NCBI GenBank assembly: GCA_964016885.1
Contig: OZ024745.1
Coordinates: 3,286,001-3,350,000 of the forward strand
Direction: 5' to 3'
Length of the DNA: 64,000 nucleotides
DNA from: Eledone cirrhosa
Taxonomy: Eukaryota
Made by a program: the position numbers and the translations under genes. The notes under the pieces were generated by a model. It saw nothing but the letters and a program-made list of their open reading frames with translations, had not been told where the DNA came from and made no database searches. The number at the start of each line of letters is the position of its first letter. The first letter of the stretch is position 1. Positions 27,501 through 42,064 of this stretch are shown here, piece by piece.

Positions 27501-29869
27501 TAGTCCACCTTCTCCCACCTGTCCTTTAGTCCACCATCTCCCACCTGTCCTTTAGTCCACCTTTTCCCACCTGTCCTTTAGTCCACCTTCTCCCACCTGT
27601 CCTTTAGTCCACCTTCTCCCACCTGTATTTTAGTCCACCTTCTCCCACCTGTCCTTTAGTCCACCATCTCCCACCTGTCCTTTAGTCTACCATCTCCCAC
27701 CTGTCCTTTAGTCCACCTTCTCCCACCTGTCCTTTAGTCCACCTTCTCCCGCCTGTCCTTTAGTCCACCTTTTCCCACCTGTCCTTTAGTCCACCTTCTC
27801 CCACCTGTCCTTTAGTCCACCATCTCCCACCTGTCCTTTAGTCCACCTTCTGCCACCTGTCCTTTAGTCCACCTTCTCCCACCTGTCCTTTAGTCCACCT
27901 TCTGCCACCTGTCCTTTAGTCCACCTTCTGCCACCTGTCCTTTAGTCCACCTTTTCCCACCTGTCCTTTAGTCCACCTTCTCCCACCTGTCCTTTAGTCC
28001 ACCATCTCCCACCTGTCCTTTAGTCCACCTTCTCCCACCTGTCCTTTAGTCCACCTTCTCCCGCCTGTCCTTTAGTCCACCTTTTCCCACCTGTCCTTTA
28101 GTCCACCTTCTCCCACCTGTCCTTTAGTCCACCATCTCCCACCTGTCCTTTAGTCCACCTTCTCCCACCTGTCCTTTAGTCCACCTTCTCCCACCTGTCC
28201 TTTAGTCTACCATCTCCCACCTGTCCTTTAGTCCACCTTCTCCCACCTGTCCTTTAGTCCACCTTCTCCCACCTTCCTTTAGTCCACCATCTCCCACCTG
28301 TCCTTTACTCCACCTTCTCCCACCTGTCCTTTAGTCTACCATCTCCCACCTGTCCTTTAGTCCACCTTCTCCCACCTGTCCTTTAGTCCACCTTCTCCCA
28401 CCTGTCCTTTAGCCCACCTTCTCCCACCTGTCCTTTAGTCTACCATCTCCCACCTGTCCTTTAGTCCACCTTCTCCCACCTGTCCTTTAGTCCACCATCT
28501 CCCACCTGTCCTTTACTCCACCTTCTCCCACCTGTCCTTTAGTCTACCATCTCCCACCTGTCCTTTAGTCCACCTTCTCCCACCTGTCCTTTAGTCCACC
28601 TTCTCCCACCTGTCCTTTAGTCTACCATCTCCCACCTGTCCTTTAGTCCACCTTCTCCCACCTGTCCTTTAGTCCACCATCTCCCACCTGTCCTTTAGTC
28701 CACCTTCTCCCACCTGTCCTTTAGTCTACCATCTCCCACTGTGTCCTTTAGTCCACCTTCTCCCACCTGTCCTTTAGTCCACCATCTCTCACCTGTCCTT
28801 TAGTCCACCTTCTCCCACCTGTCCTTTAGTCCACCTTCTCCCACCTGTCCTTTAGTCCACCTTCTCCCACCTGTCCTTTAGTCCACCTTCTCCCACCTGT
28901 CCTTTAGTCCACCATCTCCCACCTGTCCTTTAGTCCACCTTCTCCCACCTGTCCTTTAGTCCACCTTCTCCCACCTGTCCTTTAGTCCACCATCTCCCAC
29001 CTGTCCTTTAGTCCACCATCTCCCACCTGTCCTTTAGTCCACCTTCTCCCACCTGTCCTTTAGTCCACCTTCTCCCACCTGTCCTTTAGTCCACCATCTC
29101 CCACCTGTCCTTTACTCCACCTTCTCCCACCTGTCCTTTAGTCTACCATCTCCCACCTGTCCTTTAGTCCACCTTCTCCCACCTGTCCTTTAGTCCACCT
29201 TCTCCCACCTGTCCTTTAGTCCACCTTCTCCCACCTGTCCTTTAGTCTACCATCTCCCACCTGTCCTTTAGTCCACCTTCTCCCACCTGTCCTTTAGTCC
29301 ACCTTCTCCTACCTGTCCTTTAGTCCACCTTCTCCCACCTGTCCTTTACTCCACCTTCACCCACCTGTCCTTTAGTCTACCATCTCCCACCTGTCCTTTA
29401 GTCCATCTTCTCCCACCTGTTTTTTAGTCCACCTTCTCCCACCTGTCCTTTAGTCTACCATCTCCCACCTGTCCTATAGTCCACCTTCTCCCACCTGTCC
29501 TTTAGTCCACCATCTCCCACCTGTCCTTTAGTCCACCTTCTCCCACCTGTCCTTTAGTCTACCATCTCCCACTGTGTCCTTTAGTCCACATTCTCCCACC
29601 TGTCCTTTAGTCCACCATCTCCCACCTGTCCTTTAGTCCACCTTCTGCCACCTGTCCTTTAGTCTACCATCTCCCACCTGTCCTTTAGTCCACCTTCTCC
29701 CACCTGTCCTTTAGTCCACCATCTCCCACCTGTCCTTTAGTCCACCTTCTCCCACCTGTCCTTTAGTCCACCTTCTCCCACCTGTCCTTTAGTCCACCTT
29801 CTCCCACCTGTCCTTTAGTCCACCTTCTCCCACCTGTCCTTTAGTCCACCTTCTCCCACCTGTCCTTTA

Positions 29870-31400
29870 GTCCACCATCTCCCACCTGTCCTTTACTCCA
29901 CCTTCTCCCACCTGTCCTTTAGTCTACCATCTCCCACCTGTCCTTTAGTCCACCTTCTCCCACCTGTCCTTTAGTCCACCTTCTCCCACCTGTCCTTTAG
30001 TCTACCATCTCCCACCTGTCCTTTAGTCCACCTTCTCCCACCTGTCCTTTAGTCCACCTTCTCCCACCTGTCCTTTAGTCCACCTTCTCCCACCTGTCCT
30101 TTACTCCACCTTCTCCCACCTGTCCTTTAGTCCACCTTCTCCCACCTGTCCTTTAGTCTACCATCTCCCACCTGTCCTTTAGTCCACCTTCTCCCACCTG
30201 TCCTTTAGTCCACCTTCTCCCACCTGTCCTTTAGTCCACCTTCTCCCACCTGTCCTTTAGTCCACCATCTCCCACCTGTCCTTTAGTCCACCTTCTCCCA
30301 CCTGTCCTTTAGTCCACCTTCTCCCACCTTCCTTTAGTCCACCATCTCCCACCTGTCCTTTACTCCACCTTCTCCCACCTGTCCTTTAGTCTACCATCTC
30401 CCACCTGTCCTTTAGTCCACCTTCTCCCACCTGTCCTTTAGTCCACCTTCTCCCACCTGTCCTTTAGTCTACCATCTCCCACCTGTCCTTTAGTCCACCT
30501 TCTCCCACCTGTCCTTTAGTCCACCTTCTCCCACCTGTCCTTTAGTCCACCTTCTCCCACCTGTCCTTTACTCCACCTTCTCCCACCTGTCCTTTAGTCC
30601 ACCTTCTCCCACCTGTCCTTTAGTCTACCATCTCCCACCTGTCCTTTAGTCCACCTTCTCCCACCTGTCCTTTAGTCCACCTTCTCCCACCTGTCCTTTA
30701 GTCCACCTTCTCCCACCTGTCCTTTAGTCCACCATCTCCCACCTGTCCTTTAGTCCACCTTCTCCCACCTGTCCTTTAGTCCACCTTCTCCCACCTTCCT
30801 TTAGTCCACCATCTCCCACCTGTCCTTTACTCCACCTTCTCCCACCTGTCCTTTAGTCTACCATCTCCCACCTGTCCTTTAGTCCACCTTCTCCCACCTG
30901 TCCTTTAGTCCACCTTCTCCCACCTGTCCTTTAGTCTACCATCTCCCACCTGTCCTTTAGTCCACCTTCTCCCACCTGTCCTTTAGTCCACCTTCTCCCA
31001 CCTGTCCTTTAGTCCACCTTCTCCCACCTGTCCTTTACTCCACCTTCTCCCACCTGTCCTTTAGTCCACCTTCTCCCACCTGTCCTTTAGTCTACCATCT
31101 CCCACCTGTCCTTTAGTCCACCTTCTCCCACCTGTCCTTTAGTCCACCTTCTCCCACCTGTCCTTTAGTCCACCTTCTCCCACCTGTCCTTTAGTCCACC
31201 ATCTCCCACCTGTCCTTTAGTCCACCTTCTCCCACCTGTCCTTTAGTCCACCTTCTCCCACCTTCCTTTAGTCCACCATCTCCCACCTGTCCTTTACTCC
31301 ACCTTCTCCCACCTGTCCTTTAGTCTACCATCTCCCACCTGTCCTTTAGTCCACCTTCTCCCACCTGTCCTTTAGTCCACCTTCTCCCACCTGTCCTTTA
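29870..31400. repeat. 467-bp unit (18 monomers, -1 bp) in three tandem copies
   Basis: The G-deletion variant CCACCTTCCTTTAG occurs at 30330, 30797 and 31264, with the same variant order between occurrences. Confidence 0.88.
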
Positions 31401-32099
31401 GCCCACCTTCTCCCACCTGTCCTTTAGTCTACCATCTCCCACCTGTCCTTTAGTCCACCTTCTCCCACCTGTCCTTTAGTCCACCTTCTCCCACCTGTCC
31501 TTTAGTCCACCTTCTCCCACCTGTCCTTTACTCCACCTTCTCCCACCTGTCCTTTAGTCTACCATCTCCCACCTCTCCTTTAGTCCACCTTCTCCAACCT
31601 GTCCTTTAGTCCACCTTCTCCCACCTGTCCTTTACTCCACCTTCTCCCACCTGTCCTTTAGTCTACCATCTCCCACCTGTCCTTTAGTCCACCTTCTCCC
31701 ACCTGTCCTTTAGTCCACCTTCTCCCACCTGTCCTTTAGTCCACCATCTCCCACCTGTCCTTTCTCCACCTTCTCCCACCTGTCCTTTAGTCTACCATCT
31801 CCCACCTGTCCTTTAATCCACCTTCTCCCACCTGTCCTTTAGTCCACCATCTCCCACCTCTCCTTTAGTCCACCATCTCCCACCTGTCCTTTAGTCCACC
31901 TTCTCCCACCTGTCCTTTAGTCCACCTTCTCCCACCTGTCCTTTAGTCCACCATCTCCCACCTGTCCTTTACTCCACCTTCTCCCACCTGTCCTTTAGTC
32001 TACCATCTCCCACCTGTCCTTTAGTCCACCTTCTCCCACCTGTCCTTTAGTCCACCTTCTCCCACCTGTCCTTTAGTCCACCTTCTCCCACCTGTCCTT

Positions 32100-34200
32100 T
32101 AGTCTACCATCTCCCACCTGTCCTTTAGTCCACCTTCTCCCACCTGTCCTTTAGTCCACCTTCTCCTACCTGTCCTTTAGTCCACCTTCTCCCACCTGTC
32201 CTTTACTCCACCTTCTCCCACCTGTCCTTTAGTCCACCTTCTCCCACCTGTCCTTTAGTCCACCTTCACCCACCTGTCCTTTAGTCTACCATCTCCCACC
32301 TGTCCTTTAGTCCATCTTCTCCCACCTGTCCTTTAGTCCACCTTCTCCCACCTGTCCTTTAGTCTACCATCTCCCACCTGTCCTATAGTCCACCTTCTCC
32401 CACCTGTCCTTTAGTCCACCATCTCCCACCTGTCCTTTAGTCCACCTTCTCCCACCTGTCCTTTAGTCTACCATCTCCCACTGTGTCCTTTAGTCCACAT
32501 TCTCCCACCTGTCCTTTAGTCCACCATCTCCCACCTGTCCTTTAGTCCACCTTCTCCCACCTGTCCTTTAGTCCACCATCTCCCACCTGTCCTTTAGTCC
32601 ACCTTCTCCCACCTGTCCTTTAGTCCACCTTCTCCCACCTGTCCTTTAGTTCACTATCTACCACCTGTCCTTTAGTCCACCTTCTCCCACCTGTCCTTTA
32701 GTCCACCATCTCCCACCTGTCCTTTAGTCCACCTTCTCCCACCTGTTCTTTAGTCTACCATCTCCCACCTGTCCTTTAGTCCACCTTCTCCCACCTGTCC
32801 TTTAGTCCACCATCTCCCACCTGTCCTTTAGTCCACCTTCTCCCACCTGTCCTTTAGTCCACCTTCTCCCACCTGTCCTTTAGTCCACCTTCTCCCACCT
32901 GTCCTTTAGTCCACCTTCTCCCACCTGTCCTTTAGTCCACCTTCTCCCACCTGTCCTTTAGTCCACCATCTCCCACCTGTCCTTTACTCCACCTTCTCCC
33001 ACCTGTCCTTTAGTCTACCATCTCCCACCTGTCCTTTAGTCCACCTTCTCCCACCTGTCCTTTAGTCCACCTTCTCCCACCTGTCCTTTAGTCCACCTTC
33101 TCCCACATGTCCTTTAGTCCACCTTCTCCCACCTGTCCTTTACTCCACCTTGTCCCACCTGTCCTTTAGTCTACCATCTCCCACCTGTCCTTTAGTCCAC
33201 CTTCTCCCACCTGTCCTTTAGTCCACCTTCTCCTACCTGTCCTTTAGTCCACCTTCTCCCACCTGTCCTTTACTCCACCTTCTCCCACCTGTCCTTTAGT
33301 CCACCTTCTCCCACCTGTCCTTTAGTCCACCTTCACCCACCTGTCCTTTAGTCTACCATCTCCCACCTGTCCTTTAGTCCATCTTCTCCCACCTGTCCTT
33401 TAGTCCACCTTCTCCCACCTGTCCTTTAGTCTACCATCTCCCACCTGTCCTATAGTCCACCTTCTCCCACCTGTCCTTTAGTCCACCATCTCCCACCTGT
33501 CCTTTAGTCCACCTTCTCCCACCTGTCCTTTAGTCTACCATCTCCCACTGTGTCCTTTAGTCCACATTCTCCCACCAGTCCTTTAGTCCACCATCTCCCA
33601 CCTGTCCTTTAGTCCACCTTCTCCCACCTGTCCTTTAGTCCACCATCTCCCACCTGTCCTTTAGTCCACCTTCTCCCACCTGTCCTTTAGTCCACCTTCT
33701 CCCACCTGTCCTTTAGTTCACCATCTACCACCTGTCCTTTAGTCCACCTTCTCCCACCTGTCCTTTAGTCCACCATCTCCCACCTGTCCTTTAGTCCACC
33801 TTCTCCCACCTGTTCTTTAGTCTACCATCTCCCACCTGTCCTTTAGTCCACCTTCTCCCACCTGTCCTTTAGTCCACCATCTCCCACCTGTCCTTTAGTC
33901 CACCTTCTCCCACCTGTCCTTTAGTCCACCTTCTCCCACCTGTCCTTTAGTCCACCTTCTCCCACCTGTCCTTTAGTCCACCTTCTCCCACCTGCCCTTT
34001 AGTCCACCTTCTCCCACCTGTCCTTTAGTCCACCATCTCCCACCTGTCCTTTACTCCACCTTCTCCCACCTGTCCTTTAGTCTACCATCTCCCACCTGTC
34101 CTTTAGTCCACCTTCTCCCACCTGTCCTTTAGTCCACCTTCTCCCACCTGTCCTTTAGTCCACCTTCTCCCACCTGTCCTTTAGTCTACCATCTCCCACC
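32100..34200. repeat. 1067-bp tandem duplication (41 monomers, +1 bp)
   Basis: TTCACCC 32268/33335 and CCTATAG 32385/33452 are offset by 1067. CACTGTG, CACATT and TTCAC(C/T)ATCTACC follow in the same order in both copies. Confidence 0.88.
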
Positions 34201-37200
34201 TGTCCTTTAGTCCACCTTCTCCCACCTGTCCTTTAGTCCACCTTCTCCCACCTGTCCTTTAGTCCACCTTCTCCCACCTGTCCTTTACTCCACCTTCTCC
34301 CACCTGTCCTTTAGTCTACCATCTCCCACCTGTCCTTTAGTCCACCTTCTCCCACCTGTGCTTTAGTCCACCTTCTCCCATCTGTCCTTTACTACACCTT
34401 CTCCCACCTGTCCTTTAGTCTACCATCTCCCACCTGTCCTTTAGTCCACCTTCTCCAACCTGTCCTTTAGTCCACCTTCTCCCATCTGTCCTTTAGTCTA
34501 CCATCTCCCACCTGTCCTTTAGTCCACCTTCTCCCACCTGTCCTTTAGTCCACCTTCTCCCACCTGTCCTTTAGTCCACCTTCTCCCACCTGTCCTTTAG
34601 TCTACCATCTCCCACCTGTCCTTTACTCCACCTTCTCCCACCTGTCCTTTAGTCTACCATCTCCCACCTGTCCTTTAGTCCACCTTCTCCCACCTGTCCT
34701 TTAGTCCACCTTCTCCCACCTGTCCTTTAGTCCACCTTCTCCCACCTGTCCTTTAGTCTACCATCTCCCACCTGTCCTTTAGTCCACCTTCTCCCACCTG
34801 TCCTTTAGTCCACCTTCTCCCGCCTGTCCTTTAGTCCACCTTTTCCCACCTGTCCTTTAGTCCACCTTCTCCCACCTGTCCTTTAGTCCACCATCTCCCA
34901 CCTGTCCTTTAGTCCACCTTCTGCCACCTGTCCTTTAGTCCACCTTCTCCCACCTGTCCTTTAGTCCACCTTCTCCCACCTGTCCTTTAGTCTACCATCT
35001 CCCACCTGTCCTTTAGTCCACCTTCTCCCACCTGTCCTTTAGTCCACCTTCTCCCACCTGTCCTTTAGTCCACCATCTCCCACCTGTCCTTTACTCCACC
35101 TTCTCCCACCTGTCCTTTAGTGTACCATCTCCCACCTGTCCTTTAGTCCACCTTCTCCCACCTGTCCTTTAGTCCACCTTCTCCCACCTGTCCTTTAGTC
35201 CACCTTCTCCCACCTGTCCTTTAGTCTACCATCTCCCACCTGTCCTTTAGTCCACCTTCTCCCACCTGTCCTTTAGTCCACCTTCTCCCACCTGTCCTTT
35301 AGTCCACCTTCTCCCACCTGTCCCTTACTCCACCTTCTCCCACCTGTCCTTTAGTCTACCATCTCCCACCTCTCCTTTAGTCCACCTTCTCCAACCTGTC
35401 CTTTAGTCCACCTTCTCCCACCTGTCCTTTACTCCACCTTCTCCCACCTGTCCTTTAGTCTACCATCTCCCACCTGTCCTTTAGTCCACCTTCTCCCACC
35501 TGTCCTTTAGTCCACCTTCTCCCACCTGTCCTTTAGTCCACCATCTCCCACCTGTCCTTTCTCCACCTTCTCCCACCTGTCCTTTAGTCTACCATCTCCC
35601 ACCTGTCCTTTAGTCCACCTTCTCCCACCTGTCCTTTAGTCCACCTTCTCCCACCTGTCCTTTAGTCCACCTTCTCCCACCTGTCCTTTAGTCTACCATC
35701 TCCTACCTGTCCTTTAGTCCACCTTCTCCCACCTGTCCTTTAGTCTACCATCTCCCACCTGTCCTTTAGTCCACCTTCTCCCACCTGTCCTTTAGTCCAC
35801 CATCTCCCACCTGTCCTTTAGTCCACCTTCTCCCACCTGTCCTTTAGTCCACCTTCTCCCACCTGTCCTTTAGTCTACCATCTCCCACCTGTCCTTTAGT
35901 CCACCATCTCCCACCTGTCCTTTAGTCCACCTTCTCCCACCTGTCCTTTAGTCTACCATCTCCCACTGTGTCCTTTAGTCCACCTTCTCCCACCTGTCCT
36001 TTAGTCCACCATCTCCCACCTGTCCTTTAGTCCACCTTCTCCCACCTGTCCTTTAGTCCACCTTCTCCCACCTGTCCTTTAGTCCACCTTCTCCCACCTG
36101 TCCTTTAGTCCACCTTCTCCCACCTGTCCTTTAGTCCACCATCTCCCACCTGTCCTTTAGTCCACCTTCTCCCACCTGTCCTTTAGTCCACCATCTCCCA
36201 CCTGTCCTTTAGTCCACCTTCTCCCACCTGTCCTTTAGTCCACCATCTCCCACCTGTCCTTTAGTCCACCTTCTCCCACCTGTCCTTTAGTCTACCATCT
36301 CCCACCTGTCCTTTAGTCCACCTTCTCCCACCTGTCCTTTAGTCCACCATCTCCCACCTGTCCTTTAGTCCACCTTCTCTCACCTGTCCTTTAGTCCACC
36401 TTCTCCCACCTGTCCTTTAGTCCACCTTCTCCCACCTGTCCTTTAGTCCACCTTCTCCCACCTGTCCTTTAGTCCACCTTCTCCCACCTGTCCTTTAGTC
36501 CACCATCTCCCACCTGTCCTTTACTCCACCTTCTCCCACCTGTCCTTTAGTCTACCATCTCCCACCTGTCCTTTAGTCCACCTTCTCCCACCTGTCCTTT
36601 AGTCCACCTTCTCCCACCTGTCCTTTAGTCCACCTTCTCCCACCTGTCCTTTAGTCTACCATCTCCCACCTGTCCTTTAGTCCACCTTCTCCCACCTGTC
36701 CTTTAGTCCACCTTCTCCCACCTGTCCTTTAATCCACCTTCTCCCACCTGTCCTTTACTCCACCTTCTCCCACCTGTCCTTTAGTCCACCTTCTCCCACC
36801 TGTCCTTTAGTCCACCTTCACCCACCTGTCCTTTAGTCTACCATCTCCCACCTGTCCTTTAGTCCATCTTCTCCCACTTGTCCTTTAGTCCACCTTCTCC
36901 CACCTGTCCTTTAGTCTCCCATCTCCCACCTGTCCTATAGTCCACCTTCTCCCACCTGTCCTTTAGTCCACCATCTCCCACCTGTCCTTTAGTCCACCTT
37001 CTCCCACCAGTCCTTTAGTCTACCATCTCCCACTGTGTCCTTTAGTCCACCTTCTCCCACCTGTCCTTTAGTCCACCTTCTCCCACCTGTCCTTTAGACT
37101 ACCATCTCCCACCTGTCCTTTAGTCCACCTTCTCCCACCTGTCCTTTAGTCCACCTTCTCCCACCTGTCCTTTAGTCCACCTTCTCCCACCTGTCCTTTA

Positions 37201-40200
37201 CTCCACCTTCTCCCACCTGTCCTTTAGTCTACCATCTCCCACCTGTCCTTTAGTCCACCTTCTCCCACCTGTCCTTTAGTCTACCATCTCCCACCTATCC
37301 TTTAGTCCACCTTCTCCCACCTGTCCTTTAGTCCACCTTCTCACACCTGTCCTTTAGTCTACCATCTCCCACCTGTCCTTTACTCCACCTTCTGCCACCT
37401 GTCCTTTAGTCTACCATCTCCCACCTGTCCTTTAGTCCACCTTCTCCCACCTGTCCTTTAGTCCACCTTCTCCCACCTGTCCTTTAGTCCACCTTCTCCC
37501 ACCTGTCCTTTAGTCCACCTTCTCCCACCTGTCCTTTAGTCCACCTTCTCCCACCTGTCCTTTAGTCCACCTTCTCCCACCTGTCCTTTAGTCCACCTTC
37601 TCCCACCTGTCCTTTAGTCCACCTTCTCCCACCTGTCCTTTAGTCTACCATCTCCCACCTGTCCTTTAGTCCACCTTCTCCCACCTGTCCTTTAGTCCAC
37701 CTTCTCCCACCTGTCCTTTAGTCCACCTTCTCCCACCTGTCCTTTACTCCACCTTCTCCCACCTGTCCTTTAGTCTACCATCTCCCACCTGTCCTTTACT
37801 CCACCTTCTCCAACCTGTCCTTTAGTCCACCTTCTCCCACCTGTCCTTTAGTCCACCATATCCCACCTGTCCTTTCTCCACCTTCTCCCACCTGTCCTTT
37901 AGTCTACCATCTCCCACCTGTCCTTTAGTCCACCTTCTCCCACCTGTCCTTTAGTCCACCTTCTCCCACCTGTCCTTTAGTCCACCTTCTCCCACCTGTC
38001 CTTTAGTCCACCTTCTCCCACCTGTCCTTTAGTCCACCTTCTCCCACCTGCCCTTTAGTCCACCTTCTCCCACCTGTCCTTTAGTCCACCATCTCCCACC
38101 TGTCCTTTACTCCACCTTCTCCCACCTGTCCTTTAGTCTACCATCTCCCACCTGTCCTTTAGTCCACCTTCTCCCACCTGTCCTTTAGTCCACCTTCTCC
38201 CACCTGTCCTTTAGTCCACCTTCTCCCACCTGTCCTTTAGTCTACCATCTCCCACCTGTCCTTTAGTCCACCTTCTCCCACCTGTCCTTTAGTCCACCTT
38301 CTCCCACCTGTCCTTTAGTCCACCTTCTCCCACCTGTCCTTTACTCCACCTTCTCCCACCTGTCCTTTAGTCTACCATCTCCCACCTGTCCTTTAGTCCA
38401 CCTTCTCCCACCTGTGCTTTAGTCCACCTTCTCCCATCTGTCCTTTACTACACCTTCTCCCACCTGTCCTTTAGTCTACCATCTCCCACCTGTCCTTTAG
38501 TCCACCTTCTCCAACCTGTCCTTTAGTCCACCTTCTCCCATCTGTCCTTTAGTCTACCATCTCCCACCTGTCCTTTAGTCCACCTTCTCCCACCTGTCCT
38601 TTAGTCCACCTTCTCCCACCTGTCCTTTAGTCCACCTTCTCCCACCTGTCCTTTAGTCTACCATCTCCCACCTGTCCTTTACTCCACCTTCTCCCACCTG
38701 TCCTTTAGTCTACCATCTCCCACCTGTCCTTTAGTCCACCTTCTCCCACCTGTCCTTTAGTCCACCTTCTCCCACCTGTCCTTTAGTCCACCTTCTCCCA
38801 CCTGTCCTTTAGTCTACCATCTCCCACCTGTCCTTTAGTCCACCTTCTCCCACCTGTCCTTTAGTCCACCTTCTCCCGCCTGTCCTTTAGTCCACCTTTT
38901 CCCACCTGTCCTTTAGTCCACCTTCTCCCACCTGTCCTTTAGTCCACCATCTCCCACCTGTCCTTTAGTCCACCTTCTGCCACCTGTCCTTTAGTCCACC
39001 TTCTCCCACCTGTCCTTTAGTCCACCTTCTCCCACCTGTCCTTTAGTCTACCATCTCCCACCTGTCCTTTAGTCCACCTTCTCCCACCTGTCCTTTAGTC
39101 CACCTTCTCCCACCTGTCCTTTAGTCCACCATCTCCCACCTGTCCTTTACTCCACCTTCTCCCACCTGTCCTTTAGTGTACCATCTCCCACCTGTCCTTT
39201 AGTCCACCTTCTCCCACCTGTCCTTTAGTCCACCTTCTCCCACCTGTCCTTTAGTCCACCTTCTCCCACCTGTCCTTTAGTCTACCATCTCCCACCTGTC
39301 CTTTAGTCCACCTTCTCCCACCTGTCCTTTAGTCCACCTTCTCCCACCTGTCCTTTAGTCCACCTTCTCCCACCTGTCCCTTACTCCACCTTCTCCCACC
39401 TGTCCTTTAGTCTACCATCTCCCACCTCTCCTTTAGTCCACCTTCTCCAACCTGTCCTTTAGTCCACCTTCTCCCACCTGTCCTTTACTCCACCTTCTCC
39501 CACCTGTCCTTTAGTCTACCATCTCCCACCTGTCCTTTAGTCCACCTTCTCCCACCTGTCCTTTAGTCCACCTTCTCCCACCTGTCCTTTAGTCCACCAT
39601 CTCCCACCTGTCCTTTCTCCACCTTCTCCCACCTGTCCTTTAGTCTACCATCTCCCACCTGTCCTTTAGTCCACCTTCTCCCACCTGTCCTTTAGTCCAC
39701 CTTCTCCCACCTGTCCTTTAGTCCACCTTCTCCCACCTGTCCTTTAGTCTACCATCTCCTACCTGTCCTTTAGTCCACCTTCTCCCACCTGTCCTTTAGT
39801 CTACCATCTCCCACCTGTCCTTTAGTCCACCTTCTCCCACCTGTCCTTTAGTCCACCATCTCCCACCTGTCCTTTAGTCCACCTTCTCCCACCTGTCCTT
39901 TAGTCCACCTTCTCCCACCTGTCCTTTAGTCTACCATCTCCCACCTGTCCTTTAGTCCACCATCTCCCACCTGTCCTTTAGTCCACCTTCTCCCACCTGT
40001 CCTTTAGTCTACCATCTCCCACTGTGTCCTTTAGTCCACCTTCTCCCACCTGTCCTTTAGTCCACCATCTCCCACCTGTCCTTTAGTCCACCTTCTCCCA
40101 CCTGTCCTTTAGTCCACCTTCTCCCACCTGTCCTTTAGTCCACCTTCTCCCACCTGTCCTTTAGTCCACCTTCTCCCACCTGTCCTTTAGTCCACCATCT

Positions 40201-42064
40201 CCCACCTGTCCTTTAGTCCACCTTCTCCCACCTGTCCTTTAGTCCACCATCTCCCACCTGTCCTTTAGTCCACCTTCTCCCACCTGTCCTTTAGTCCACC
40301 ATCTCCCACCTGTCCTTTAGTCCACCTTCTCCCACCTGTCCTTTAGTCTACCATCTCCCACCTGTCCTTTAGTCCACCTTCTCCCACCTGTCCTTTAGTC
40401 CACCATCTCCCACCTGTCCTTTAGTCCACCTTCTCTCACCTGTCCTTTAGTCCACCTTCTCCCACCTGTCCTTTAGTCCACCTTCTCCCACCTGTCCTTT
40501 AGTCCACCTTCTCCCACCTGTCCTTTAGTCCACCTTCTCCCACCTGTCCTTTAGTCCACCATCTCCCACCTGTCCTTTACTCCACCTTCTCCCACCTGTC
40601 CTTTAGTCTACCATCTCCCACCTGTCCTTTAGTCCACCTTCTCCCACCTGTCCTTTAGTCCACCTTCTCCCACCTGTCCTTTAGTCCACCTTCTCCCACC
40701 TGTCCTTTAGTCTACCATCTCCCACCTGTCCTTTAGTCCACCTTCTCCCACCTGTCCTTTAGTCCACCTTCTCCCACCTGTCCTTTAGTCCACCTTCTCC
40801 CACCTGTCCTTTACTCCACCTTCTCCCACCTGTCCTTTAGTCCACCTTCTCCCACCTGTCCTTTAGTCCACCTTCACCCACCTGTCCTTTAGTCTACCAT
40901 CTCCCACCTGTCCTTTAGTCCATCTTCTCCCACTTGTCCTTTAGTCCACCTTCTCCCACCTGTCCTTTAGTCTCCCATCTCCCACCTGTCCTATAGTCCA
41001 CCTTCTCCCACCTGTCCTTTAGTCCACCATCTCCCACCTGCCCTTTAGTCCACCTTCTCCCACCAGTCCTTTAGTCTACCATCTCCCACTGTGTCCTTTA
41101 GTCCACCTTCTCCCACCTGTCCTTTAGTCCACCTTCTCCCACCTGTCCTTTAGACTACCATCTCCCACCTGTCCTTTAGTCCACCTTCTCCCACCTGTCC
41201 TTTAGTCCACCTTCTCCCACCTGTCCTTTAGTCCACCTTCTCCCACCTGTCCTTTACTCCACCTTCTCCCACCTGTCCTTTAGTCTACCATCTCCCACCT
41301 GTCCTTTAGTCCACCTTCTCCCACCTGTCCTTTAGTCTACCATCTCCCACCTATCCTTTAGTCCACCTTCTCCCACCTGTCCTTTAGTCCACCTTCTCAC
41401 ACCTGTCCTTTAGTCTACCATCTCCCACCTGTCCTTTACTCCACCTTCTGCCACCTGTCCTTTAGTCTACCATCTCCCACCTGTCCTTTAGTCCACCTTC
41501 TCCCACCTGTCCTTTAGTCCACCTTCTCCCACCTGTCCTTTAGTCCACCTTCTCCCACCTGTCCTTTAGTCCACCTTCTCCCACCTGTCCTTTAGTCCAC
41601 CTTCTCCCACCTGTCCTTTAGTCCACCTTCTCCCACCTGTCCTTTAGTCCACCTTCTCCCACCTGTCCTTTAGTCCACCTTCTCCCACCTGTCCTTTAGT
41701 CTACCATCTCCCACCTGTCCTTTAGTCCACCTTCTCCCACCTGTCCTTTAGTCCACCTTCTCCCACCTGTCCTTTAGTCCACCTTCTCCCACCTGTCCTT
41801 TACTCCACCTTCTCCCACCTGTCCTTTAGTCTACCATCTCCCACCTGTCCTTTACTCCACCTTCTCCAACCTGTCCTTTAGTCCACCTTCTCCCACCTGT
41901 CCTTTAGTCCACCATATCCCACCTGTCCTTTCTCCACCTTCTCCCACCTGTCCTTTAGTCTACCATCTCCCACCTGTCCTTTAGTCCACCTTCTCCCACC
42001 TGTCCTTTAGTCCACCTTCTCCCACCTGTCCTTTAGTCCACCTTCTCCCACCTGTCCTTTAGTC
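33881..42064. repeat. 4056-bp (156-monomer) near-identical tandem duplication
   Basis: Rare markers are all offset by 4056: CCTGCCC 33991/38047, GTGCTTT 34360/38416, CCCGCC 34822/38878, AGTGTACC 35122/39178, TCCCTTAC 35321/39377, AGACTACC 37098/41154 and CCATATCC 37860/41916. Confidence 0.93.
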
